Shown here piece after piece: positions 20,943-29,811 of a stretch of DNA of 64,000 bases. Within the stretch, counting starts at the first letter, position 1, and the number at the start of each line of letters is the position of its first letter. The notes under the pieces were generated by a model. That model saw only the letters and a program-made list of their open reading frames with translations. It was not told the origin of the DNA and searched no databases. Origin of the DNA: an uncultured Flavobacteriales bacterium. Its GTDB lineage: Bacteria; Bacteroidota; Bacteroidia; Flavobacteriales_D; Luteibaculaceae. The stretch is from the NCBI GenBank assembly GCA_964390915.1, contig CAYMJL010000010.1, positions 5,731 through 69,730 of the forward strand, read 5' to 3'. A program made the position numbers and the translations under genes.

Positions 20943-23417
20943 ATGAAATTCAGTCTACCCCTTTTTCTGCTTTTTTTAGTTGCTCAAACCAGCTTTGCGG
21001 TTGATCCAGAGAAAAAAACGGGCTCGGCAAACCGAGTGACCAAGAAGCCTGTTTTAGATGGGATTCCTTCGGAAGATATTTGGAAGAATGCGCAAATTTT
21101 AACCGGGTTCACCCAATTGGAACCTAACAACGGTCAGGTAGCGAGTAAAAACACCACAGTAAAAGTTGTTTACGATGATGATGCCATTTATGTCTGTGCA
21201 CAAATGGAAGACGTATCGGGCGATAGCGTTTTGCGTGAATTGACAGCTCGCGACAACATTGGCAATGCCGATTGGTTTGCCGTTTTAATTGATGCATATA
21301 AAGATGGAAATAATGGGGTAGGGTTCATTGTAACCGCTTCTGGCGTTCAAACGGATGTGAAATACTCGGTTTTTGGTGAAGACGAAACATGGAATGCGGT
21401 GTGGCAAAGCAACGTTAATATCAATGAAAAGGGCTGGACGGTTGAGTTCAAAATACCGTATTCAGCGCTTCGATTTCCCAATCAACCCGAGCAGCAATGG
21501 CACATCAATTTTATTCGTTATAGCCGAATGAACAGGGAAAAGGCCAGTTGGAACTACATTAACCCAGCTGTAAATGGCTTTTTAAATCAATCGGGGTTAC
21601 TGAACGGAATTCAAGGCATAGAACCACCAATTCGCTTGCAGCTTTTCCCTTACGTATCCAGTTATTACAACATTAGCGGCAAGGAAAAAGCGACTTCATT
21701 TAACGGCGGAATGGACGTAAAATATGGCTTGAGTGATGCTTTTACGTTAGACATGACTTTGGTGCCCGATTTCGGTCAGGTGCAAAGTGATAACCAAGTA
21801 TTAAACCTGTCGCCATTTGAAGTTAGGTACCAGGAAAACAGGCAGTTTTTCACTGAAGGAACCGAGCTTTTCAATAAAGGGGATTTGTTTTATTCGCGAA
21901 GAATTGGCGAGGCACCATTCGATTATTACGATGTTGACTCAAAATTAAAAACAGGGGAAAAAGTAGAGAAAAACCCGAGCGATACCCGTTTGATTAACGC
22001 AACCAAAGTATCAGGACGCACAACGACTGGTTTGGGAATTGGGGTGTTTAATGCCGTAACGCGTAACACTTTTGCCACTGTGACGAACGAGGCAGGAGCC
22101 AAACGTGAAGTACTTACCGGGCCAGCCACCAATTTCAACGTAACGGTGTTGGATCAAAACCTTCCGAATAACTCGTATGTAACACTTATTAATACTAACG
22201 TTAGTCGCAACGGGAGTTATTACGATGCCAACGTAACCGGGGTTCAATTCAACTTGCAGGATAAAAACATAAAATATGGCTTGTCGGGCTTTGGTGCAGT
22301 ATCGCAGAAGTACGAAACCGCCGGAAAACAAACCTATGGCAGTAAGCACAGCTTGGATTTTGGAAAGGTGTCCGGGAACTTTACGGCAAACATTGGCTAC
22401 AGCATGACTTCTGACCGGTATGACCCAAACGATATGGGTTTTCTTTTGTACAACAACACGGTTGAAAAATACCTAAACGCCAAATACAATTTTTACAAGC
22501 CGTTTGGCAAGTTTAATCGGGCTGGAATCAGCGGCTACATTACCCATACTACTATTTTTAAGCCAGATGCTTTTAATAACTTTGGAGCCGGGGTAGATGC
22601 GTTTTTTATCTTAAAAAGTTTCCACGCCTTCGGAGGCTTTTTTAGCACCGAGCCCATTACTACCTACGATTATTTTGAAACCCGAAGCAACTTTCAGCGT
22701 TATTACACCTATCCGGTAAACCACAATATTGGGGGCTGGGTTTCAAGCGACTACCGCAAGCGATTTGCTTTCGATATTAACGCCAATTATCGCTTTTTTG
22801 ACGAACCCGGCAGAACACGGGTGAATTGTTCCATTTCTCCTCGCTTCCGGGTAAATAATAAGCTGTCGTTTATTTATACCTACAGCGTCTCTAATTGGCA
22901 AAACGACGTGGGTTATGCGGTAGAAAACAACAACTGGTACAATGATTATTACAGTGGGAACCTTAATAACCCAACCAACCAGATCGTTTTTGGTATTCGC
23001 GACCAATACACTTACACCAACCTGTTGACCACCAAGTATTCGTTCAATAACAAAATGGGGTTAACCTTCCGTTTACGCCATTACTGGAGCAAAGTGAAGT
23101 ACGACAACGTTTATGGCTTAACCGATGATGGAATGCTGGGTAGTACCAACTATACGGGCTACGATGCCAAAGGCAATTCCTACCACGACAACAGTTTCAA
23201 TGCGTTTAACATCGACATGGTTTACAGCTATGTTTTTTCACCGGGGAGTGAACTGCGCTTGGTTTGGAAAAACTCTATTTACACCTCCGAAGATTTTATT
23301 CGCCAACGGTATGACGATAACCTGAATTTCATGTTCGATCAAACCCAAACAAATAGCTTCTCGTTAAAGTTCTTGTACTTTCTCGATTATTCGATGTTAA
23401 GGAGAAGAAAAGTTTAA
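20943..23417 (+). CDS. DUF5916 / CBM9-like domain outer-membrane-type protein
   Basis: 824 aa with a signal peptide, an N-terminal DG..W carbohydrate-binding-family-9-like block and a long beta-rich, aromatic-rich C-terminus. Confidence 0.65.
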   Translation: MKFSLPLFLLFLVAQTSFAVDPEKKTGSANRVTKKPVLDGIPSEDIWKNAQILTGFTQLEPNNGQVASKNTTVKVVYDDDAIYVCAQMEDVSGDSVLRELTARDNIGNADWFAVLIDAYKDGNNGVGFIVTASGVQTDVKYSVFGEDETWNAVWQSNVNINEKGWTVEFKIPYSALRFPNQPEQQWHINFIRYSRMNREKASWNYINPAVNGFLNQSGLLNGIQGIEPPIRLQLFPYVSSYYNISGKEKATSFNGGMDVKYGLSDAFTLDMTLVPDFGQVQSDNQVLNLSPFEVRYQENRQFFTEGTELFNKGDLFYSRRIGEAPFDYYDVDSKLKTGEKVEKNPSDTRLINATKVSGRTTTGLGIGVFNAVTRNTFATVTNEAGAKREVLTGPATNFNVTVLDQNLPNNSYVTLINTNVSRNGSYYDANVTGVQFNLQDKNIKYGLSGFGAVSQKYETAGKQTYGSKHSLDFGKVSGNFTANIGYSMTSDRYDPNDMGFLLYNNTVEKYLNAKYNFYKPFGKFNRAGISGYITHTTIFKPDAFNNFGAGVDAFFILKSFHAFGGFFSTEPITTYDYFETRSNFQRYYTYPVNHNIGGWVSSDYRKRFAFDINANYRFFDEPGRTRVNCSISPRFRVNNKLSFIYTYSVSNWQNDVGYAVENNNWYNDYYSGNLNNPTNQIVFGIRDQYTYTNLLTTKYSFNNKMGLTFRLRHYWSKVKYDNVYGLTDDGMLGSTNYTGYDAKGNSYHDNSFNAFNIDMVYSYVFSPGSELRLVWKNSIYTSEDFIRQRYDDNLNFMFDQTQTNSFSLKFLYFLDYSMLRRRKV

Positions 23418-23432
23418 TGTTAAGCAATTTGT

Positions 23433-23459
23433 AAAAAAGCCCCTAATTGGGGCTTTTCT
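23433..23459. terminator. bidirectional terminator between convergent genes
   Basis: AAAAAAGCCCC-TAATT-GGGGCTTTTCT. Confidence 0.6.
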
Positions 23460-23476
23460 CGGCTATTAAATTCCCT

Positions 23477-24544
23477 TTAGTCTAAAGGTATCTGCTCAAT
23501 GTTGTAGTTAGGCTTGGTATCATTCCACCGGATAGTGGCAAGCCAGAATTGATTGTCGGAGTTCGTGATTCCAAAAACCCTTAAATTCTGCTCTATCTCA
23601 TATGATTTTTCTACATGGAAAGGGGCTAGGGTACATTTGTGAATGTTATTATCGCTAGCTAAATACAATTTGCCACTTACAATTGCAATGTCCGACACAG
23701 GTGAAGAAATTGCAGCTATTTTCTCAACGGTATTCAAGTTAATATTATAACGAAATAGTTCGGTTAAACGTGTCTGATTATCTCGACTGGCCAATATCAA
23801 ATCAGTTCCGTCAAACGCCATAGCTTCAAACCGGTTTTCACCAATAGCTATACTTTGAAAAATACTTTCTCCTGTAGCTGGGTCTATCTTTTCAATGGTG
23901 TTGCCATTGCCAACCCAGTAATACCCATTTGCATAGGTAAAAGAACCCTCAACCCCAGCTTGATTATTGACTAAAAAGTAGATTGGCAAACTATCAATTG
24001 TTGTTTTACTGTCTTTGTCAATACTGTAAATGGTAGGTTGGTTATCAAAATTAATCATTATTAATTCCAGCGTTTGCCCTTTAGCACAAAGGCCAGCGCT
24101 TAAATTTGACATGTGATTTCCTGGCGCATCGAAACAAGTGGTGGGGTTTACAAAGCTTAATAAGGTGCTTCTCTGTGGAAGTCCGGGACTACTTTCGTAA
24201 TATACGATGGAACCAGATTTTTCATATACGAGTTTAAGTTCAGAGCCTAGTTTGGTAATTGTAATGGGGAGTCCGTTGTCAATAAAAGTGTTATTGGATA
24301 AGATCAGATTCTTTCCATAACGGAAACCCATAGAATCTTCGTCAATAATTTCTATGGTGTTTGCGTCTGAAATGTATAGATACCGATTCCCGTTTTCCGA
24401 GCTACTGCTAGTAGTCGTTTTTTGCTTAATATACTTGCCAACCAAATCGTCAGCTTTGGCTTCAGGTGTTGGTTCTTCTTTGGTGCAAGAGAATAATGCT
24501 ACACATAGGCTACTAGCCAATAAGATTGAATTAAAAATTTTCAT
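23477..24544 (-). CDS. lipoprotein, paralog A of a tandem pair (beta-rich, possibly propeller-like)
   Basis: 355 aa with a signal peptide and lipobox LFSC. It shares a near-identical block, NGYYWVGNGNTIEKIDPxTGESIFQSIA, with the upstream paralog. Confidence 0.7.
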   Translation of the reverse strand: MKIFNSILLASSLCVALFSCTKEEPTPEAKADDLVGKYIKQKTTTSSSSENGNRYLYISDANTIEIIDEDSMGFRYGKNLILSNNTFIDNGLPITITKLGSELKLVYEKSGSIVYYESSPGLPQRSTLLSFVNPTTCFDAPGNHMSNLSAGLCAKGQTLELIMINFDNQPTIYSIDKDSKTTIDSLPIYFLVNNQAGVEGSFTYANGYYWVGNGNTIEKIDPATGESIFQSIAIGENRFEAMAFDGTDLILASRDNQTRLTELFRYNINLNTVEKIAAISSPVSDIAIVSGKLYLASDNNIHKCTLAPFHVEKSYEIEQNLRVFGITNSDNQFWLATIRWNDTKPNYNIEQIPLD

Positions 24545-24683
24545 GGATTAGGGTTAGGGTCGTTAATTTTTTGAGCAAAACTATTATTTAATTTGAACCA
24601 CAACATTTTATGTTCGCACACTAAGTACATGACAAAAAACGAATAAACATCTGATTGGCAACAACTTGTGGTTTATTTTTATG

Positions 24684-24722
24684 AATGAATGACCTCGAAG
24701 CAGGGCTTCGAGGTCATTCATT
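24684..24722 (-). terminator. 17-bp perfect stem-loop downstream of paralog B
   Basis: AATGAATGACCTCGAAG-CAGGG-CTTCGAGGTCATTCATT. No canonical U-tract on the minus strand. Confidence 0.5.
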
Positions 24723-24737
24723 AGCATGAATTCTTCT

Positions 24738-25820
24738 TTAATCTACAGTTATTTGCTCAATTCTACTATATACGCCAGTTTGGCGGATTGTCGAAATCCA
24801 AAATTCGTTTCCAAAATTAGCAATTCCAGAGGCATGTAAGTCCTCCGCAATCTGGTACGATTTTTCTACTTTAAAAGGTGAAAGCGTGCATCTATAAACG
24901 TTGTTGTTACGAGTTAAATATAACTTCCCATTTACAAATGTTATTCCCTCTATTCTAGATGTGACATTCGTTATTTTTTCAACAGTGTTCGCAGCAATGT
25001 TGTACCTGTATAACTCACTGGTGTTTGCATTGAAATTGGACTCAGCTAGTATCAAATCGGTTCCGTCGAAAGCCATGGCTTCAACTGGTAAATCACCAAC
25101 GGCGATACTTTGAAAGATGCTTTCTCCAGTGGTGGGGTCAATCTTTTCAATGGTGTTACCATTTCCCACCCAATAATACCCATTAACAAAACATAATGCT
25201 CCTGTCATATTATCATCGGAACTGCTTAAAAAATAGAAAGGCAAGCTATCGGTTATCAATTTACTTACCCTATCTATGCTGTAAATGGTATGTTGATAGT
25301 CAAAATTATCCATGATAATTTCCATATTTTGTCCATTGGCTATAAGCCCGGTTCCATAATTCGTTACTTGCGTACCTGGGGCATCTAGACTAGTTGTGGT
25401 ATTTACAAAAGTTAGCAGTGTACTTCTTTCAGGTAGTGAAGGGTCGCTCAAATAGTAAATAGGCAACTCAGACTCTTCATCTTGTACTTTAAGCTCTGTT
25501 CCGTTTTTTGTTAGGGTCGACTTGTCTCCGTAAGAATCAACAAATGTGTTACCCGTTAACGCCAACTTTTCCCCAAAATAGAAATTCGAGGAATCTTTCG
25601 TCAAAATTTCGATGTTGCCAGTTCCCCCAATAAAAACATACTGATCATAGCCGGTAGGCCATCCTTGATATGCCATTTTTACCTTGTTTATACGGTAATT
25701 ACCAACAAAATTGGTGTCAGCGGTAGCTGGTTCAGGATCGGGTATTGGTTCCTCTTTGGTGCAAGAAAATAAACTAAGGCTTAACCAGCCAGCCAATAAG
25801 ATTGAATTAAAAATTTTCAT
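24738..25820 (-). CDS. lipoprotein, paralog B of a tandem pair
   Basis: 360 aa with the same MKIFNSILLA...LFSCTKEEP leader as paralog A and conserved C-terminal blocks. Confidence 0.7.
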   Translation of the reverse strand: MKIFNSILLAGWLSLSLFSCTKEEPIPDPEPATADTNFVGNYRINKVKMAYQGWPTGYDQYVFIGGTGNIEILTKDSSNFYFGEKLALTGNTFVDSYGDKSTLTKNGTELKVQDEESELPIYYLSDPSLPERSTLLTFVNTTTSLDAPGTQVTNYGTGLIANGQNMEIIMDNFDYQHTIYSIDRVSKLITDSLPFYFLSSSDDNMTGALCFVNGYYWVGNGNTIEKIDPTTGESIFQSIAVGDLPVEAMAFDGTDLILAESNFNANTSELYRYNIAANTVEKITNVTSRIEGITFVNGKLYLTRNNNVYRCTLSPFKVEKSYQIAEDLHASGIANFGNEFWISTIRQTGVYSRIEQITVD

Positions 25821-25875
25821 CGTTTAGGGTTGTTAATTTTTTTTGGCAAATTATTCTTTTTTACGCCACCTCTCA

Positions 25876-26727
25876 TTATAAATCATTCAGCGTTAAATAC
25901 TGGTCAAGGCGAATGCCTCGGTCGGTATTATGTACCGAGCACATTTCATGCTGGGCATCGTGTTCGAAAAACAGCTTTACGTTATTTTCGACCGCCCAGG
26001 GCAGAAAACGTTCTTTTTCGGACAGACTGGTAAGGGGCCTTACATCATAACCCATTATCCAAGGCATGGGTAGGTGATAGGATGAGGCCAGCAAATCGCC
26101 CATGAAGGCTACTTTGGTGCCTTTGTAATTTACAATGGGCAACATTTGCGCCTCGGTATGCCCGTTTACAAACAGCAAATCAATGTTGGGAAAAGCGTTT
26201 GATAACATCCAATCAGTTGTTGCAAAAAACTTCAATTGGCCGCTTTCCTGAATGGGTAAAATATTCTCTTTTAAAAATGATGCTTTTTCTCGTGCGTTGG
26301 GCTTTACTGCCCATTCCCAGTGCTTTTCGTTACTCCAATAGGTGGCGTTTTTAAATGTGGGAACAAATTTTTCTTGTGTCGAATCCCATGAAATTGCTCC
26401 TCCACAGTGGTCGAAATGCAAGTGAGTGAGCAACACATCGGTAACGTCGTTGCTGGTGAAACCGTGTTTGTTTAAGGCCTGTTCAAGCGTAAACATGTTG
26501 TGCAGCGAGTAATGGCCAAAAAACTTATCGTCTTGCTTGTCGCCAATGCCTGTATCGACCAAAATGAGTTGCTTGCCGTTTTCAATTAACAGACAGCGCA
26601 AGGCCCAGGTACACATGTTGTTTTCGTCGGCGGGGTTTTGTTTGTTCCACAACGATTTTGGAACAACACCAAACATGGCACCACCATCCAACTTAAAATT
26701 TCCGGTTTCCAGGCTATACAATTTCAT
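25876..26727 (-). CDS. MBL-fold metallo-hydrolase
   Basis: 283 aa with the HxHxDH motif (THLHFDHCGG). Confidence 0.85.
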   Translation of the reverse strand: MKLYSLETGNFKLDGGAMFGVVPKSLWNKQNPADENNMCTWALRCLLIENGKQLILVDTGIGDKQDDKFFGHYSLHNMFTLEQALNKHGFTSNDVTDVLLTHLHFDHCGGAISWDSTQEKFVPTFKNATYWSNEKHWEWAVKPNAREKASFLKENILPIQESGQLKFFATTDWMLSNAFPNIDLLFVNGHTEAQMLPIVNYKGTKVAFMGDLLASSYHLPMPWIMGYDVRPLTSLSEKERFLPWAVENNVKLFFEHDAQHEMCSVHNTDRGIRLDQYLTLNDL

Positions 26728-26846
26728 CTGCTTGTTTTTTTAGGAGCACAAATGTTGAAATTTTTTGTTGAAAACAAGGTTTAATCTTATTTCTGTCGAT
26801 GGCATTTGGGCTTTTCTTTGTGATAACCGAATAAATAAGCAAACCC

Positions 26847-28208
26847 ATGAAAGTTCATTTTATAGCAATAGGCGGTAGCGCCATGCACAACCTGGCCATA
26901 GCCCTTAAAAATAAGGCGGTTGACGTAACCGGTTCTGACGATGAAATTTTTGAACCTTCGCGAGGCAGGTTAATGAACAAGCAAATTTTACCGGTCGATT
27001 TGGGCTGGTTTCCTGAAAAAATAACGAAAGAGCTGGATGCTGTGATTTTGGGAATGCATGCCCGCGAAGACAATCCCGAATTGTTGCGTGCCAAGGAATT
27101 GGGATTGCCCATTTACTCTTACCCTGAATACCTGTATCAGCAAACCGCCAATAAAACCCGTGTGGTTATTGGGGGTAGTCACGGAAAAACAACCATCACT
27201 TCCATGATTTTGCATGTTTTACAGCAAGTGGGTTTAGAAGCCGATTATATGGTTGGTGCGCAGTTGGAAGGTTTTGATTGTATGGTTCGCCTGAGTGAAA
27301 CCGCCAAAGTGGCCATTTTGGAAGGAGATGAGTACCTGTCGTCACCCATCGACCGCCGACCTAAGTTTCATCTGTATCAACCCAACATCGCCTTGTTGAG
27401 CGGCATAGCCTGGGACCACATCAACGTCTTTCCAACCTTTGCTAATTATGTAGATCAGTTCCGCATTTTCATTAATAAAATTGAACCTCAAGGCAAATTG
27501 ATTTACTGCGAACTAGACCCGGATGTTAAGCAATTGGCTGATGAACGGTCTAATTCAGTCATTAGTTATTTGCCTTATAATGTCCACCCATATCGCATTG
27601 CCGATGGAATAACCTATTTAAAAACCACCGATGGCGAGGTGCCTTTGCAGGTATTTGGCGAACACAATTTGCAAAACCTGAGCGGTGCCAAGTTGGTTTG
27701 CAATGCACTTGGCGTAAGCGACCAACAGTTTTATGCGGCCATTAGCAGTTTTAAAGGCGCTTCCAAACGATTGGAGTTGGTAAAAGAAACCCCAAAAAGT
27801 GTTTTCTACAAAGACTTTGCCCATAGCCCATCAAAGCTAAAAGCCACCACAGCCGCTTTAAAACAACAATTTCCCACACGTAAACTGGTGGCTTGCATGG
27901 AGTTGCACACCTTTAGTAGCTTAAACAAAACCTTTTTAGAACAATATCACGGTGCCATGGAAACCGCCGACCGGGCTTTGGTTTATTTTAATCCACATAC
28001 CTTGGCACATAAGCGATTGCCTGAAATTAGCCCAGCCGAGGTGAAAGCCGCTTTTGGCAGCAACAACGTAGAAGTATTTACCGAAGCCGAAAAAGTAGTA
28101 AACACCCTAAAGGCCGAAGATTGGAGCAACGCCAACCTGTTGATGATGACCTCCGGTAATTTTGACGGAGTTGATTTTAAGCAATTGGGCGAGGAGTTGT
28201 TGGGGTGA
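26847..28208 (+). CDS. mpl: UDP-N-acetylmuramate:L-alanyl-gamma-D-glutamyl-meso-diaminopimelate ligase (murein peptide ligase)
   Basis: 453 aa with N-terminal HFIAIGGSAMHNLA, a Mur-ligase P-loop (GGSHGKTTITSM) and an Mpl-like length. Confidence 0.88.
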   Translation: MKVHFIAIGGSAMHNLAIALKNKAVDVTGSDDEIFEPSRGRLMNKQILPVDLGWFPEKITKELDAVILGMHAREDNPELLRAKELGLPIYSYPEYLYQQTANKTRVVIGGSHGKTTITSMILHVLQQVGLEADYMVGAQLEGFDCMVRLSETAKVAILEGDEYLSSPIDRRPKFHLYQPNIALLSGIAWDHINVFPTFANYVDQFRIFINKIEPQGKLIYCELDPDVKQLADERSNSVISYLPYNVHPYRIADGITYLKTTDGEVPLQVFGEHNLQNLSGAKLVCNALGVSDQQFYAAISSFKGASKRLELVKETPKSVFYKDFAHSPSKLKATTAALKQQFPTRKLVACMELHTFSSLNKTFLEQYHGAMETADRALVYFNPHTLAHKRLPEISPAEVKAAFGSNNVEVFTEAEKVVNTLKAEDWSNANLLMMTSGNFDGVDFKQLGEELLG

Positions 28209-28349
28209 GGGGGGAGCATTTATTCCGTTAAAGCTCTATGATATTTTGTTGCGTATAGTGAATTAATAAGGATTCTAGACGTCGTGCGCATTCTTAGGTG
28301 CTCTGGGAGGATTGCCATTATTGAAAGTTTATATAAATGCCCTTGTATA

Positions 28350-28371
28350 AGTTGACTTTAGAGTTAACTTT
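28350..28371 (+). promoter_or_regulatory. candidate operator upstream of the HigB-like toxin gene
   Basis: AGTTGACTTT and AGTTAACTTT lie 12 bp apart, and AGTTAACT is a perfect palindrome. The second copy ends 5 nt before the ATG at 28377. Confidence 0.3.
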
Positions 28372-28376
28372 GTGTC

Positions 28377-28763
28377 ATGGGGTTTACCGGTCGGTCAATT
28401 ATATTTCACGGAACATACTTCACCAACTTTTATCTTGATCAACCCCTAAAGGTTCAAGAGAAGATTGAATATGTACTTCGGATTGTTAGGCAGGTGGAGC
28501 GAATTTCTAAGAAATTTTTCGACCACATGGAAGGCTCTGAGGGCATTTATGAGATTAGGGTGGAGGTTGAATCTAACATTTACCGTATTTTCTGTTGTTT
28601 TGATGAGGGGAGTTTGGTTGTATTGTTTAACGCTTTTCAGAAGAAGACGCAAAAGACACCGAAAACCGAAATTGAAAAAGCAGAACGACTTAAACGAGAG
28701 TATTTTGATCTTAAAAATAAAGACAATGAAAAAAGAGGAAATAAGAAACGCCAAGACTTTTGA
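28377..28763 (+). CDS. type II toxin, RelE/ParE superfamily (HigB / Gp49-like)
   Basis: 128 aa. The toxin-first gene order and the block YEIRVEVESNIYRIFCCFDEGSLVVLFNAFQKKTQKTP are typical of Gp49/HigB-like toxins. Confidence 0.8.
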   Translation: MGFTGRSIIFHGTYFTNFYLDQPLKVQEKIEYVLRIVRQVERISKKFFDHMEGSEGIYEIRVEVESNIYRIFCCFDEGSLVVLFNAFQKKTQKTPKTEIEKAERLKREYFDLKNKDNEKRGNKKRQDF

Positions 28764-29031
28764 TGAACTTTTGGACATCAAGTATGGTAAAATTGGAACT
28801 TCGTTGAGGGACGATTACGAGGCAAGAGCTAATTATTTTGTGGTATGTGAAATGCTGAAGGAAGCGAGAAAGGCAGCTAACATAACGCAAGAACAATTGG
28901 CTGACAAAATTGGTACGAAGAAAAGCTATATTTCAAGACTTGAAAACGGAAAGGGCGACATTCAGTTGTCAACACTTTTTAAAATTTTTGAAACTGGGCT
29001 TGGTCGTGAAATTAGGTTCACTATTTTATAA
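28726..29031 (+). CDS. XRE-family HTH antitoxin (HigA-like)
   Basis: 101 aa from the internal ATG (MKKEEIRN...), with HTH ITQEQLADKIGTKKSYISRLENGK. Its start overlaps the toxin's 3' end by 38 nt. Confidence 0.8.
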   Translation: MKKEEIRNAKTFDELLDIKYGKIGTSLRDDYEARANYFVVCEMLKEARKAANITQEQLADKIGTKKSYISRLENGKGDIQLSTLFKIFETGLGREIRFTIL

Positions 29032-29039
29032 AAAGCCCA

Positions 29040-29066
29040 TCACTCAAAATCTGCATACAACAAATA
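29040..29066. repeat. direct repeat copy 1 (duplicate of the NamZ-like gene's 3' end)
   Basis: TCACTCAAAATCTGCATACAACAAATA matches 29785-29811 at 26 of 27 positions. Confidence 0.75.
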
Positions 29067-29080
29067 AATTTTGACAAAAC

Positions 29081-29110
29081 ACACGTATCTTTGTTTTTTA
29101 AACACGTATC
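29081..29110 (+). promoter_or_regulatory. candidate VapB operator
   Basis: ACACGTATC occurs at 29081-29089 and 29102-29110, 21 bp apart. The second copy abuts the ATG at 29111. Confidence 0.3.
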
Positions 29111-29353
29111 ATGACCACCAAGTTAACGTTGACCGTTGAGAAATCGATAATTGAGCGGGCCAAATTGTATGCTAAGAATACGGGAAGGAGCTTGTCTGAG
29201 TTAATTGAGAACTATCTAGAAACAGTAACCGCAGAGAAGCAGGACGCAAATATTTCGCCCAAACTGAAAAAGATAGTTGGAGCGGTGAAGCTACCGGCAG
29301 ACTTTAATGAGGATAAGGAATTGCGCGAGTATCTGGAGAAAAAGCATTTATGA
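29111..29353 (+). CDS. type II antitoxin (VapB-like small DNA-binding protein)
   Basis: 80-aa ORF directly upstream of the PIN toxin gene, with an ATGA stop/start overlap. Confidence 0.7.
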   Translation: MTTKLTLTVEKSIIERAKLYAKNTGRSLSELIENYLETVTAEKQDANISPKLKKIVGAVKLPADFNEDKELREYLEKKHL

Positions 29354-29763
29354 GGGTATTTCTGGATACCAACATTTTAGTGGATCTTATTGCTGATAGA
29401 AAACCTTTTAGCAAGTACGCAGTGGAAATATTTTCCAAAGCTGAGGCGAAGGAAATTCAATTATTCGTATCCTCTCACTCTGTAGCAACTACGCACTATT
29501 TATTAAAAAAGTACCTCGGAGCAAAGGGATTAAGAGAGGTGATATATAATTTACTCGATTACTTAACAGTGGTTCCGGTGGATGTTGATGTAATAAAAAA
29601 GGGCTTACGTTCAAAGCACAAGGATTTTGAGGATTCCATTCAGATTTTATGTGCATCGAGTATTGAAAAGCTGGATTACATTGTTACTCGAAATATTAAA
29701 GACTTCAAACAGAGTGAATTGCCAGTTATTACCCCTGACGAATTATGTATGAAGCTTGATTGA
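29350..29763 (+). CDS. vapC: PIN-domain toxin VapC
   Basis: 137 aa with an N-terminal FLDTNIL acidic motif and later conserved acidic residues typical of PIN domains. Confidence 0.85.
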   Translation: MRVFLDTNILVDLIADRKPFSKYAVEIFSKAEAKEIQLFVSSHSVATTHYLLKKYLGAKGLREVIYNLLDYLTVVPVDVDVIKKGLRSKHKDFEDSIQILCASSIEKLDYIVTRNIKDFKQSELPVITPDELCMKLD

Positions 29764-29784
29764 CATGGTTTTTGTCAATCCACC

Positions 29785-29811
29785 TCACTCAAAATCAGCA
29801 TACAACAAATA
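29785..29811. repeat. direct repeat copy 2 (the authentic 3' end, stop plus last 8 codons, of the NamZ-like gene)
   Basis: TCACTCAAAATCAGCATACAACAAATA. See copy 1 at 29040-29066. Confidence 0.75.

Noticed and set aside
28465-28725. Long 188-aa version of the antitoxin ORF, and the antisense 111-aa ORF at 28446-28781.
   Set aside because: The upstream part is an alternative frame of the HigB-like toxin gene with an Arg/Lys-rich nonsense composition. The HTH protein starts sensibly at the ATG at 28726. The antisense ORF has no motif.
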